DNA of 63,115 bases, filler included, from Craspedostauros australis (lineage: Eukaryota), in NCBI GenBank assembly GCA_030167865.1. It is 7 parts of 7 records of this genome, joined end to end, with 100 filler letters (N's around TTAATTAATTAA, not from the genome) between each part and the next. Parts side by side here need not be neighbours in the genome. Positions count along the whole stretch, not along the records: positions 1 to 23,236 come from JALAGF010002984.1; 6 more parts are not named here. One strand, given 5' to 3'. The position numbers and the translations under genes are program-made. The notes beneath the pieces are model-generated. The model saw nothing but the letters and a program-made list of their open reading frames with translations. It did no database searches and was not told where the DNA came from. Numbering within the stretch: the stretch's first letter is position 1; every line of letters begins with the position of its first letter. Of this stretch, positions 11,572-23,336 are shown in pieces.

Positions 11572-13629
11572 TCAAAAGTCTTCGGCGCCATCATCGTCGT
11601 CGTGAATGCCAGGAGGCGTGTAGGCATCACGAAGGTCAAGGCAGCTGGCCAGGGCCTCGTCGCAATCCTCGCTCTCTGGAAGGACGCCGTTGGTGATCTC
11701 ACGATTGTAAAATCCCTTGTACTTGCGTCCAAGGACGGTCTTCATCTCGGTTGCGACCTTGTCGATCATGAAGTACGACCTGGTGGTGTTGGAGGCAATC
11801 GACAGAACGGGCTTCGGCTTCTGTGACAGAATCGACTTCCAGTACGTGCCGGTGCCGTACCCGCCGTTCGCAAATCCAAGCACGGACTGATCAACGACGG
11901 TGCTGATGCTGCGTTCGGGGCGATGACGAACGGCCGTGCCTTCCATGATGCATGTCAGGGTTTGGGGCACGCCGACGGACGCATCGAGTCTTGTGGTCGG
12001 TCGGAAGGCAGAGGCGATCGCGAAGTGGCTGTGACCGGAACGGTCGTGCTCGGCTTCTTGGGACATCGAGGACAGGACTCCACCGTGCTTGGTGGAATTG
12101 AGCCATCCTCCAGGCGCGACGTTTTGGGATCGTCTGGACCTCATCGATGATGTGGAGTCAGAATTGGCCTGGCGCATTCGGTCGTCACGCGCGACGGTGG
12201 TGCCGATCTTGAAGAGCTCGGCGATGTCCTTGTCCTTGGTGGCGTCCGCCTCCTGCATGGCATCTAGCTCGATGAGAGGAAAGGCAGAGGATGGCTGCAG
12301 GGATGTGATGAATTCACCGAAGGAGAGACGTTGAGCCGTGGAGCCCCACCCTGTGTCCATCCCACCTTGGCCGAAGAAGCGAGCGTTTTGCAAGCCGATC
12401 TTGTATCGATGATTGTCGCCTGCGTTGAGCCTGTACGGCAGCGTTATGGATTCCAGATGCATGGCAAGGCGTGCGCTGGATTCAAACAGCGGGATGCCTT
12501 CCTGCAAGCGCAGCGGAAGAACGACGTGGGCGCTCTGGGTGAGGCCATGTAGCGCAACTCCCGATTGAATTCCGCTCTGGACTTTGCGAACGTTGTTCGC
12601 CCGCCATGCGGAGGGGTCATCCTCCGTACTCCCAGAAGTTTCTTCTTTGCGAGCGGCCTTGTCGTTGTCGTGATCGCCGTCACTATTGCCATTGCCATTG
12701 CTTTGTTGGACTGGATTGGTGATGTGGAACACCAGCCTTCCAGCACTTCTGCATTCCTCGCTGACCTCCTGCAGCACGGTGGTGGCGAGACCGGCGTAGA
12801 TGCCGTATCCCTCGGTGGCGATCACGAAACCTTGACAATAGTCACTCTCTTCGAGCTGATGCCGGATGCTCTCCATGAGAACGTCTTCGTTCCATCGACC
12901 CAGGTCAGCCGAGGCCGTGTAATGATCCCAGTGCGCAGCGATGTTGCTTTGGCGCGAGTACGGAAGGGCCAACTTGAGCCGACGCGAGTACGGTGGCATG
13001 AGGAAGTCCACCCACGTGAGGTCCGTCTTGTCGATGTGACCCCAATGATGATCCAGCTGCTGTTGCATGGGAGCAGCCGTCTGCGTTTGCCACTGGGAAC
13101 GTTGCCGGTGCAGGCGCTGACGTCGTTCCTCGTCTGTCTCCTCATCCTCTTCGCCCTCATCATCATCGTCCCAATTGACGTGACGGGAGTTGGAGGGATC
13201 AGCCTTGTACGTGGGCTGGCTGGAAGGTGGTTGGTAGAATCGCGAATGAGCGGAGTACGCCAGTATCGAGGACGTCTGGAAGAAGTTGGCGAACGCATCC
13301 GACGATTGATCATGGTACTGCATGGCAGCGACGGCATCATTGGCCTGCGCAGTGTCCATCCCCTGCTGCACGGAGTACTGGGTGGACATGAGCAACTGCT
13401 CCCTCTGCTGATCAACGAAGGGCTCGGGCAGAGCGGGATACCCCGTCGGCTCGTCCAGCATGAACGCTCTGGGGACGCGATAGTTGTGCTCGACGCCGTG
13501 GGTGACGGACGCATCGCAGAACGCATCATCTCCGGTCGCTGCCAGGCCGTAGAGATTGAGGAGATGGGCTGAAACGGCATTGGCCGAAGCGCCGAGCGAC
13601 ACATGGATCGTATCTTTCGCGTTCGTCAT
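11572..13629 (-). CDS. MSTO1: Misato/DML1 tubulin-like protein
   Basis: N-terminal DTIHVSLGASANAVSAHLLN...VPRAFMLD resembles Misato segment II. IRHQLEESDYCQGF...GIYAGLA..VLQEVSEE resembles the Misato tubulin-like core. Single exon, start MTNAK. Confidence 0.8.
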   Translation of the reverse strand: MTNAKDTIHVSLGASANAVSAHLLNLYGLAATGDDAFCDASVTHGVEHNYRVPRAFMLDEPTGYPALPEPFVDQQREQLLMSTQYSVQQGMDTAQANDAVAAMQYHDQSSDAFANFFQTSSILAYSAHSRFYQPPSSQPTYKADPSNSRHVNWDDDDEGEEDEETDEERRQRLHRQRSQWQTQTAAPMQQQLDHHWGHIDKTDLTWVDFLMPPYSRRLKLALPYSRQSNIAAHWDHYTASADLGRWNEDVLMESIRHQLEESDYCQGFVIATEGYGIYAGLATTVLQEVSEECRSAGRLVFHITNPVQQSNGNGNSDGDHDNDKAARKEETSGSTEDDPSAWRANNVRKVQSGIQSGVALHGLTQSAHVVLPLRLQEGIPLFESSARLAMHLESITLPYRLNAGDNHRYKIGLQNARFFGQGGMDTGWGSTAQRLSFGEFITSLQPSSAFPLIELDAMQEADATKDKDIAELFKIGTTVARDDRMRQANSDSTSSMRSRRSQNVAPGGWLNSTKHGGVLSSMSQEAEHDRSGHSHFAIASAFRPTTRLDASVGVPQTLTCIMEGTAVRHRPERSISTVVDQSVLGFANGGYGTGTYWKSILSQKPKPVLSIASNTTRSYFMIDKVATEMKTVLGRKYKGFYNREITNGVLPESEDCDEALASCLDLRDAYTPPGIHDDDDGAEDF

Positions 13630-14984
13630 GTTGGTTGTGTGTATAGTACTCCTCGCACGATCTATTGGCAGTCTGGTGCTCGTATCTTGACGATATGATG
13701 CTTGCAGCAGTATAATACGCACGAGCTGCGGATACTGAGTTGGGTGCCTTCGACTCACAAAGAGAGAGAGACAGAGAGAGGTAGAGACGGCCTGGTGCGC
13801 AGCGTTACGAGCATGTGCCCTGATCGATCATTTCCCAGCGGCTGATGCTGCTGCTGTTGTTGATGCGGTGTCTGATCGTGGCGTCATGGTCCACGCCGAG
13901 GGGAGATGCAGACGGTGTTTGGCTGTGCGGCTGCTGTGCCAACTGTGTGCACAACAGAGTGTCCCCACGCAAGAAGACTGATGGCTTCCATCCACTTCCT
14001 CCAGCCTCTGCGGCAGGAAACCGCTTCGGACGGGATGTGGACACCACACCAACAAGGCAACACGAATGCACAAACGGTCGCGTGATGCAACCCACAGCAC
14101 ACGATGACGACTGCAACATTTTCGCAACGCGACCTTCCACGTTTTGGTTGGACACAATTTGTGCACAATGAGAACCTCTGTAGAGCGGATGGATGGCCAG
14201 ACGAATCATCAACAATTTGTGGATTCGTTGTCGCCAACACGACGAACCAACACCGTCGCATGCGACATGACGGAGACACCAATTGACATTTGGTGCCACA
14301 CACAACAACGATGAGAAAGATGATCACGAGAAACAAATGTTTGTCGCAGACCTTCGCCTTGTCTGTTGCCGCATCTGTGTTGATGAAGAACGAATCGACG
14401 CGACGGAGGGACTTTCAACCAGAACATCCGCGCACAAGACCTCGCCAACGTCCCCACCGTGTTGAAGTTGTGACGTCCGGTTCGTGGTTTCTCACGAACA
14501 TGCACACAAGAAAGAAAAGCGTGGAAAAACGTGAGGGAGGAATCGATGGACGAAGAGCATCGCGCCCGTATCTTCACGCCTCGCACCACACAGACAGATT
14601 GCCGACACGCACCAATCCGACGTTGTCATAGGTCGTACAATACTTGCACATGCCACAACCTCTCTCTGCTATTCGATCATACGACTAGTCCTACGAGCAG
14701 AGCCTCATTGCTTGCAGACGAGAACATCATATCAGCAGCTTGTACGGGCAGCAACCAGAGAGGTTCAGGCGAGGAACTTCTCATCGCGCGCGGTTGGGCA
14801 CAAGTGCAGGCGCAACATCCACTCATATCCCCGCAGATACAACAAGAGGACGTGCGTTATCCCGATCTGACGCAACGCTCCGACGCAAGTCTTATGCGAA
14901 GCTTCACCTGATTCGTTTCGTATTGGTTCCGGATCGAGTAAAGAGGCTGCCTACTGCCACTGCCCCTGCTGCCACACAACAACC

Positions 14985-17900
14985 ATGGTGGAATTCGGGC
15001 TCAAGCTGGAGGACAACAAGGTCTCGGAATGGTCCGATTCCTATATCGACTACGAGAAGCTCAAGTCCGTCCTCAAGAAGGCAAAGGCGGCGCAAGCGAG
15101 GTATGATGAGCACATCAAGAAGCGACCCGAGGAAGCCGAGAGGATCATCGATTCCTTCTACACCGGAATGACGTCACACGCAGCCATCTCTCCATCATCT
15201 TCATCCATTGACTTTGAAGGCTCTCGCAGCAGGTACTCTACCCCCCACCAGTCGGCGATCAGCCTCTCCAAATTGGACAATCATGGTACCAATAGAGATG
15301 CAGGGGATGTGCCACAACAGGCGCAGCAACCGACGGAAACGACCAAGCTGCTGTCTGGCCCAGCGGCAACCCCGACCAATGATCGTCGCAAGGTCCTAGT
15401 CACATCGCCGAGTCTGGGAGAGAGCTTCGGCTCGGCAAGCCAGTATGCATCGGAGCATGCCACCTCGTCCTTTGGCTTTTCATTCTCCGGTTACTTCGAG
15501 AATCGGTACAAGAGGTATCTGGAAGACACCTTGAAGGATCTGGAGAAATGCAAGTTCAGGTTCGATCAGACCCTCACGCAGGAGATCGCCAAGATACAAC
15601 AATTCTACCAACAGAAGGTGCACGAGTTGGAACGTCGTTTGGATCTGCTGTTGGACAACGTTCAAGAATCCATCGAGGTTCCACTGACAGCCTCCATCTC
15701 GACAATCCCGCAATCTGGCTCTGCCACTTCCACAAGCCACAGCAACGACGACAATGACGACAATGGCGAGACTCCTGATGCTGACGCTGATGTTAATAGT
15801 GATGGCGAAAGAGATAGCGACGGTAATGGCGACGGTGATGGAGATAGTCCTGACGCGATACACAAACTGAGACCCATCAAGATGATCGACAAATCCTCCA
15901 TGTCCGAATCGGAGGTCGAATCCATCCAACGCGCGCTGGCGGACCAGTACAGGACTGCCAAGTTGCTGCAAAACTTTGTCATCATGAACTACACCGGCCT
16001 TGTCAAGATCGTCAAGAAGCACGACAAGGTCGTCCCATCCAACAAGGGGAACTACAAGCACGCAGTGCAGGCAGAGAACCTGTGCAACGAAGGCAAGGAG
16101 GTGGAGCTGCTTTCGAGCAGCATCGAAAAGTGCTACGCAGTCTGGTTCTGCGACGGCGACCAGAGAGAAGCGCATGCGCAAATGCTCCCCAAGCGAGGTG
16201 ATGGACTCGAAATGGATTGGTCTCAGCTCCGGTAAGTCGTCGTTTTGCGCGCTTGCCCAAAACAATATCAGCGCGCTGTGATGTGTGAATTGAAGATTGA
16301 AAAATAGCGTTGGTAGATGGGTGGGTGTATGGTATGCAAGCATCGACCGAGCCTTTGTCGTAGTTTGCTGCAACCTTGCTTCCTTCAATGGCCAAATCCT
16401 CATTCTCACTGACCTCACTTCTATCCCTATGAATGAGTGGTCTGGCTAACTCGAATGGTGCGATTGGACAATCCATCAACACTCGAAATACACGACGATG
16501 TCCACTCTACCTTGCATTGCATTGCGTGTGGTAGGCTGGGGTACCGCATGGGAATGTGCGCCGTGCTAGGAATGTGGGTGTGCTGGGACTGCATATGGGG
16601 GTTGGTTGAAGATGGAAATTCCACCATCGGTGGCAGGAGAGCCTTCCCCGTGTTCCGTGCGTGCGGTGGCTTGCTCCTCCTGCAATGGTTCTGGGGATGC
16701 AGCGTCTTTGTCTGGACGCGGTATCGCATCAACTACATCTACCTCTTCGACTTCAACCCGCGCATCGTGTCCACGGCACTTGGCATCTTCGAAGAGGCGG
16801 TGGACAACACGCTCATCTTCCTCGTCCTCATGTTGCTGTATTACAAATCTGGCGCGCATGACATCCCGCAATTCATCCCGGCCGGTGGTTATCCGTTCCT
16901 GCTCGTCGTCATCACGTTGCTCAAGCTAATCTTCCCGCTGCGATCGAGGATCCCCATGTGGAATGCTGTGTGGCAGGTGGTGTCCGCACCGTTGCAATCG
17001 CCGGGCTTCTTCCATGGATACGTCGGCGATATCTTCACAAGCCTCGTCAAAGTCTTCCAGGACATCGCCTGGACGGCTGGGTACGTTGTCTCCGGTGATT
17101 TCCTCGTGTCAGAGGATCTCGACATCTCCAGCAAGCACTCGTGGAGCAAGACCTTCTGGTACAGGAACGTACTGATCCCCGTGATCTGTCTACTCCCTCT
17201 CATCTTCCGCTTCAACCAATGTCTGAGGCGGTACATCGATACCAACGATCGATGGCCGCACCTCGCGAATGCATTCAAGTATGCGTTCTCGCAGACCGTG
17301 ACCTTGTTTGGCGCCTTCCATCCTTTGTACCTGGAGCACACGAGGAAGGTCGAGAAGGGGCTGAATGTGTTCCAGCTCACGTGGCTCTTCATCTTCATTT
17401 CATCGTCTCTCTATTCCTTCACCTGGGATGTGTACATGGATTGGGGCCTTGGGAGGCCGAAATATAAGTACCTCGGGCCAAGTTTGATGTTTCCAAAGCG
17501 CGGATACTACTTCATGGTGATCGCATTGGACTTGGGTAAGTGCGGCCCTGTGTGCGAACTCGTGAGCAGGTTGGTGCGCACACTGACGGGAAGACTCATG
17601 GGCAGGCGCACCGAAGCTGGGCATCCATGCAATCGTCCCGCAATGCGGGCTGGTGGCCGTTGGATGCTGGCTGTTGATTGATTGTGGTGGTTGCTTGTGG
17701 TGGTTGTTATTGATCACTCTGCTCCGCTCTACTCCACCATGCTCGACTCAATGAGACATCACTTGTAGCGTGCGGTGTCGACTGATTGCACACAGACTCC
17801 TTGTCTCTGCCATTGCATGGTGCTTGCACAATTCTTGTCTCACTCATCCACGATTCCAATGGTCATGCCTCGCAATCCACTTCATCCATCTCCATCCATT

Positions 17901-18305
17901 TTCAATTGCAACTTGCGCATTGCCACATGCACCGCAGTTTTGAGATTCATGTGGGTGCTCACCTTGCTGCCTCCCCAATCAGGAGCCAAATTCGAGATCC
18001 CGCAGTACCTCTCGGCGCTGACCATGATGCTGGAGCTCTTCCGCCGAACCATCTGGGGATTCCTGCGATTGGAGAACGAGCACAGGAGCAATGCTGCGGG
18101 ATACCGTCGAGTGAGCGTCGTTCCGTTGCACTTCAACACTGGCCACAAGCACCACTACAAAGAGGATCGGCACCGCAGAGGCCTGTCGGTGCTGACGGAG
18201 GTTGTGGTGATTGCGTCCGCAGTCGTTGGCGTTTGCGTCTTCAGCGTCGTTGCGGCACAAAAGGCCAACGAGGATTTGGACGTGAAGGATATGTTCGATC
18301 TCTGA
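14985..18305 (+). CDS. XPR1: SPX-EXS phosphate exporter (XPR1/PHO1/SYG1 family), 3 exons (14985-16231, 16535-17535, 17938-18305)
   Basis: SPX: MVEFG..W..YIDYEKLK and NYTGLVKIVKKHDK. EXS: RINYIYLF, GDIFTS, RFNQCLRRY, HLANAFKY, WDVYMDWGL, ELFRRTIWGFLRLENEH. Junctions CG|GTAAG..TAG|G and G|GTAAG..CAG|TT are in frame. Confidence 0.93.
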
Positions 18306-19230
18306 ATCTCTGGCGTTCCACTTTCGTTGTCGTCCCGCAGTTGAGGATCGAGAAAGAGCAGGAAAGAGCAGAATAGATCGTAGAGTGTTCTCCACCGCAC
18401 GACCATTCTGCCTCGGCTGCCCGCCATTGTGAATGCGAGTTTTATATATCACCTCAGAAGTTACATGCATATAAGTGCTTTCCATGTTAAAATATTCAAT
18501 CCAAGTCAAATCAGTTTGGTTCGGTCCACCTCGCTCATTCTATACTCGTCTGAGCATGGTATCTTTGGCCTCATCGTGTGTTCGTCTCACGTGAGCAGGG
18601 AAATGGCGACGAAGGAATGAGCCGACGCGCTTTTGATCTGGCTCCTCCTCTCTCCTGGACGGAAGAGGAGGAGCAAACATACACGAGAATAGGTACGATC
18701 TGTGGTGTGGTACCATACGAACTATTTTGTGAAGGAGAGAGATCAACAACTGTCCTCGCACATACTATTATTGTGATGTACTGCTACGACTCCGCACACG
18801 CACATGTTTGTACTCTGTACTCGAGATGGTTCCTCAATCGGCGAATTGGTGTTCGTGTTTTGCAGCTTTCCTGTTTTGATTCCTGTCCCGTGGAGAACAT
18901 TCGGTTCCGGTTTCGTGGGCCGAATCCAACCACACTGTTCTCGTTCTTCGTTCTTTGGGCAAGATGGATCGGCTGTCTGCCCCAGAGAGCGCCGCGCGAT
19001 GGTGTGTGGTGCGTGGCGTGTGGCGTGTACTAGTCGATCGTAGATCGTGGATCGCATGGTACACGTACGAGAATGGAAGGTACTCCATTGGTATCGCTAT
19101 ACCCTTCTCCGTGATTCCCTCACTTGTTCCGTCCAATCCACCAACCAACCAACTAACCAACCAACCATCCACGCTCTGCACCCGATCCATCACAAACATC
19201 AAGCAACCACACCAAAAAGCCCGACCTCCC

Positions 19231-19872
19231 ATGAAGCCTCCGTTTCGTCCTTCGCTCGCGACCTTCCTCTTGGGCCTGTCATCGGTCGCGTGCGCCAAAG
19301 AGATCCTCGTGGAGGACTTCTCCAATCCGTTGCACAGCTGGCAGGGAGACGATGACAGCGCGATCCCAGGTGGGACATCCGAAGTGCACTTCGCCATCAT
19401 GAACAACCTGGCGTTCTTCAATGGTAAGGTCACCCAGCATCCATTCCTCAACGGGCCTGGCTTCGTCAAGATGCGCACCACCGACACGATACCCTTCCCC
19501 GACATCTCCGCTTGTGAAGGATTGACGATCAAGATCAACGCCTTCGTCGCCTTTGACAAGTACTACGTCGCCTTCGGAGACGAAATGCCATCCAATGACA
19601 GCAGCAGCCCAATTCCGATGGAATGGAGAGGCAGGATGGAAAACGTGCCCATGACTGGCCAGCCCGAAGAACTGACCCTGCCGTTGAACGACTTCAGCAA
19701 CTACTGGGACTACGGGAATGGAGACATCATCGCGACCTGCCAAGAGGATCACAGCGTTTGCCCGCCTCCATCTGCCCTCATGAATCTCAAGTTCTTTGAG
19801 ATTTGGGCGCAGGGCAGCGAAGGATGCGTCTCGGTGGCCATACAATCCATCAAGGCAGTCGGGTGCGCCTGA
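19231..19872 (+). CDS. Secreted CIA30-like (complex I intermediate-associated protein 30 domain) protein
   Basis: Signal peptide (LATFLLGLSSVACA), then DF....W...D...GG.S, F.GKV...PFLNGPGF and LPLNDFS.YW, a pattern typical of CIA30-domain proteins. Confidence 0.7.
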   Translation: MKPPFRPSLATFLLGLSSVACAKEILVEDFSNPLHSWQGDDDSAIPGGTSEVHFAIMNNLAFFNGKVTQHPFLNGPGFVKMRTTDTIPFPDISACEGLTIKINAFVAFDKYYVAFGDEMPSNDSSSPIPMEWRGRMENVPMTGQPEELTLPLNDFSNYWDYGNGDIIATCQEDHSVCPPPSALMNLKFFEIWAQGSEGCVSVAIQSIKAVGCA

Positions 19873-20569
19873 GGATACAGTCCAACTCGCAGCTGACAAG
19901 TTGCATCATGCAAGGAATCAAGCAGATGGAGGACACAGCATGCCCTGCCATGCCATACTATGCCATATTATACCATACCGTGACATGTCACAGCATATGA
20001 TACCGCGCGACGCCACGCAGTACGGCGGGCATCGATGAGGCGATGCCGATGCCCGCAACAACACATTTACTCAGCTAGTATGGTGACGGCAATGCTGTTC
20101 TCACAGGTACTCGTACGGATACCATACTCAACAACTGCATACTCTCTGGAGTATCTCACAGACAAGCGGAATCGACGACACAGACAGTGCCAACGACAGG
20201 CGCTACATGAGACGAGAGCGGAAAAGAATTGCACACTCTCCAGAGAGGCTACTCTACTCGACAACACTATTGGCGCAAGAGGATAAAGGAGCCGTGATAC
20301 TCTTTGGATGTTATTGATGGGGGAGGCGCATGCATCCGGATATAGTACAACCAAGGAGTGCTTACAAAAACGGCATAGGCGCCAACTATCTCCTCAGGAA
20401 TGGAATGCATACGTATGGCACAATGCTTTTGAATGCTTGGTGTTCTATTTGTACGATTGTACTATTATGCCTTCTTGCGTGGATAAGTGCTACAACATAC
20501 TGTTCATGGCCGTGATGGTCGTGGCGCATACGAGTACTCCGCCAGATGCTTCACGGGCGAACATGACGT

Positions 20570-20704
20570 TTATGCGCAGCACGAGCAGGTCTTCACCTTG
20601 TGGTACATGCTGACAATCTTGAACTGGAAGTACGCTGGGTATCCTCCGCGCATGTACGCCTGCTGAGCTCCTGCTTCTTCTGCTTGATTTCTGAACCAGC
20701 CCAT
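20570..20704 (-). CDS. Candidate 44-aa microprotein MGWFRNQAEEAGAQQAYMRGGYPAYFQFKIVSMYHKVKTCSCCA
   Basis: ATG in CAATCATCAAC-ATG context similar to neighbouring genes; mostly C/G-ending codons (TAC, TTC, AAG, TGC, CAG); TAA stop. Below the ORF-track size cutoff. Confidence 0.5.
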   Translation of the reverse strand: MGWFRNQAEEAGAQQAYMRGGYPAYFQFKIVSMYHKVKTCSCCA

Positions 20705-21459
20705 GTTGATGATTGTACGTTACTGAATGTGATAGTTCGGTGCCGAAGTGTATGGACGCGGGGTGCCGGCATCCATGTCCAGTGTTATTGGGTGTTCGAA
20801 TGTTGCATGGCGTCGGCGCAGCAAAGGGTGTATGTAGGTCGCGCAATGGGGAACGGTGGGATGTATCACAGAAAGAGGATCAGGTGAGTTCAGTTCAAGA
20901 TGAAGGCGAAGACAGGAATCACTGTTACGTTGGAAGAAGCACCAACACAAGCAACAAGTAACGACCAATGCTCGAGGATCCGCAGCGTTGGAGGCAGAAT
21001 GTGCTCACATTTGTTCTGTTGGAGTGCGGTCGCGAAGAATTTATGACAGAGTCGGGAGCAAGTGAAAGTGGAAAATTGATGTATCGTTTTCACCTTTTCT
21101 CATCCAATCCCGATTTGATCGCTAACTATGTCTTTGAAGACGTCTCTGCGACAAGTATCCCTCGCCAACTGACACCATGGTACCCAAAATACACCGTACA
21201 AAACGCGGGGTACTAACTTGGAAATGTCTTAGGGTGTCTCAATATCAACCCAGAAAAGTCTAAACTGGGAATATAGATCTTGAAGATCGACCAGAAGAGG
21301 AAGTGTCATCGTTCTGGCAAAAGTGCTCACCATGTTGACCAAATCGAGTTGAAACTGCGCCCCTGCTATTGGTTGGAATGCGTTCATACTGGTGCGAGAG
21401 GTGGGACATGATGATTTTACCATGCACCAGATTGCGCTACTCTATCATCGCATTGCCGT

Positions 21460-21999
21460 TCAGAACTCATCAAAGTGAGCCTCCTCATTCACAGTTCCAT
21501 CCCACTCCCAGCCGGAATCGCCACCGTCCTTCCCAGCAGCCTCGTTCTGCGGTTCTGCGAACTGCGGCATCTTGGGAGCCGGCCCTTGGCCATCCGTCGG
21601 GAAGTATTTCTTTTTGGAATCGGCGTTGCCTTCTCTCTGGGCGATCAGATCCATGACCGTATCTCCGCCCATGGATGCCATCAACGATGCCGATGGCATG
21701 GCAAAGTCTTGCACCGACAGTTCCTGCTTCGTGCTGGCATCGTTGTCATCGTCATCGTCGTCCGTCATGAAGAATGGATCACCTCCCATGGCTTCGATCT
21801 CGGACATGCGATCGTTGAAGTTCTCGCCCTCGACGAAGCTGTGAATGTGTTCGTCGGACATGCGACGCTGCGTCGATCCGCTGCGGCTTCGAGCGATCGC
21901 AGAGGCCTGTCGCTGCGAAGAGATGGAAAACGCATTGCCTGTTGGCATCATCGTTGAGATGAGCAACATGCCGATCGCATTTCGCCTTGACTGGACCAT
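21460..21999 (-). CDS. Unknown-function protein with putative bipartite plastid-targeting presequence
   Basis: Hydrophobic leader ending GNA|F (ASAFAP-like), then a Ser/Arg-rich transit-like stretch ending TQRRM, an acidic mature region and C-terminal WEWDGTVNEEAHFDEF. Confidence 0.7.
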   Translation of the reverse strand: MVQSRRNAIGMLLISTMMPTGNAFSISSQRQASAIARSRSGSTQRRMSDEHIHSFVEGENFNDRMSEIEAMGGDPFFMTDDDDDDNDASTKQELSVQDFAMPSASLMASMGGDTVMDLIAQREGNADSKKKYFPTDGQGPAPKMPQFAEPQNEAAGKDGGDSGWEWDGTVNEEAHFDEF

Positions 22000-22552
22000 C
22001 TTGATTGTTCGTTTCTCGGCAAGGGGTTTGAGTTGCTGGAGGAGTGCGGCTTCAGTGGAGGCTTGGCGCATGGAAGGTCTGGTTTCAAAGAGGGGAGGTG
22101 AATCATGCGGCATTCGAAGATGGGCCACAAGCCACGCCATGGCCAAACCATCCGGAGCGTTTGATTTTCGCCTCGCTGTTTTGTCGATGATGGTGTTGAT
22201 GTTGGTGTTGATGTTGGTGATGTGAGCGTGAGTATGACGAACGTGAACGGATGTGCGGAAATGAGTTCCGTTTTAATCGAATGAATCAAGTTTCGGTCTC
22301 GTTCACGTGTCTCATTTCTCTTTTCTCGTTCGCGAAACCTGCTTTTTGCATTGGCATCGAGCACACCTCTTTCTTTCTGTTTCTCTGCCTCTTCATGGTG
22401 GTGCGACCTTGAATCCCATGCGATGCTCCCGTCTCTGGAGCAATGAACTTCTTCGAAACACAGATTACCCAGACGATCTGTGTTTACCTCGTCGTGCGTA
22501 CCATACTCGCACACCCCCACAACACTCTCCCGCACCAGTCCATCTCAATCCG

Positions 22553-22815
22553 ATGGCTTCATCTGGCGAGCACCGTATTGGCAGTCCATACAGATCATCA
22601 ATCGTTCTCCACCTATCTGCCAACCGACCAGGCAGCCGACCTTCTCGCAATTTCCTGCGCCTCTCGCTCCTATCACTTCTGCTGCAAGTGCTCGTAGTCC
22701 ATCTCTTTGTCTGTGCTCCATCTGCTGCCGCATTCGCATCTCCCGAGGCAGCAGCGGCGGAAGCAACGGCAACTAAGAGAACAGCCACATCTTTGAAGAT
22801 GTCTGTGAACGCGAT
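22553..22815 (+). pseudogene. 5' part of a putative plastid-targeted protein gene interrupted by a Copia LTR
   Basis: Hydrophobic LSLLSLLLQVLVVHLFVC, then SAAA|F and transit-like ...ATKRTATSLKM-SVNAI. The frame runs into the LTR end (TGTCA at 22816) and stops 25 nt later. Confidence 0.55.
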
Positions 22816-23236
22816 TGTCAAACATGCAAGTAACTACTGAGACTGATTGGCCCGTTGTTGCGTGCCCTGGTCGGAGCTCTTGTTGTTTTATTGTGAGTTG
22901 TCCGAGGACAATCTCCGACCAGTATTTGATTAATACGATTAGTAAAGAGGTAAGAAGTACAGTGAAAGCTGTCACGCCCCTTGATCTTGAGGATGACCTC
23001 CGTAGAACAGGGCTGTGACAAAAGTGGTTAGATCTGGCCGTGCCAGTGCCTTTGTGAGCATATCCGCGAAGTTGAGCTTCGAAGGAATGTATATTGGGAC
23101 CAATATCCCGGCTCCAACAGACTCGCGCACTCTGTGGAACGATATTGCCACATGTTTCTTTTGTAGCAGGCTGTCCGCGATCGTCGTGTTCGAGATCACA
23201 GCCTTATTGTCGCAGAATGTGATGGTTGGAGACTTG
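22816..23236 (-). mobile_element. 3' end of a Ty1/Copia retrotransposon: RNase H C-terminus, PPT and 159-bp 3' LTR (22974-22816)
   Basis: KKHVAISFHRVRE..NFADMLTKAL is the Copia RNase H end. Purine-rich AAGATCAAGGGGCG is followed by TGACA...TGACA (TG..CA termini). Cut by a contig end. Confidence 0.85.
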
Positions 23237-23336
23237 NNNNNNNNNNNNNNNNNNNNNNNNNNNNNNNNNNNNNNNNNNNNTTAATTAATTAANNNNNNNN
23301 NNNNNNNNNNNNNNNNNNNNNNNNNNNNNNNNNNNN
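23237..23336. other. Artificial contig-joining linker N44-TTAATTAATTAA-N44 (12-mer cores at 23281, 46504, 54402, 58642, 60362, 61491)
   Basis: An identical 12-mer with stops in all six frames, embedded in Ns, occurs six times. Confidence 0.95.

Noticed and set aside
8722..13604. Long antisense or alternative-frame ORFs (e.g. 9233-10303, 12565-13572; likewise 27674-28762 and 41578-42630)
   Set aside because: Shadows of GC3-rich real genes, with no motifs.
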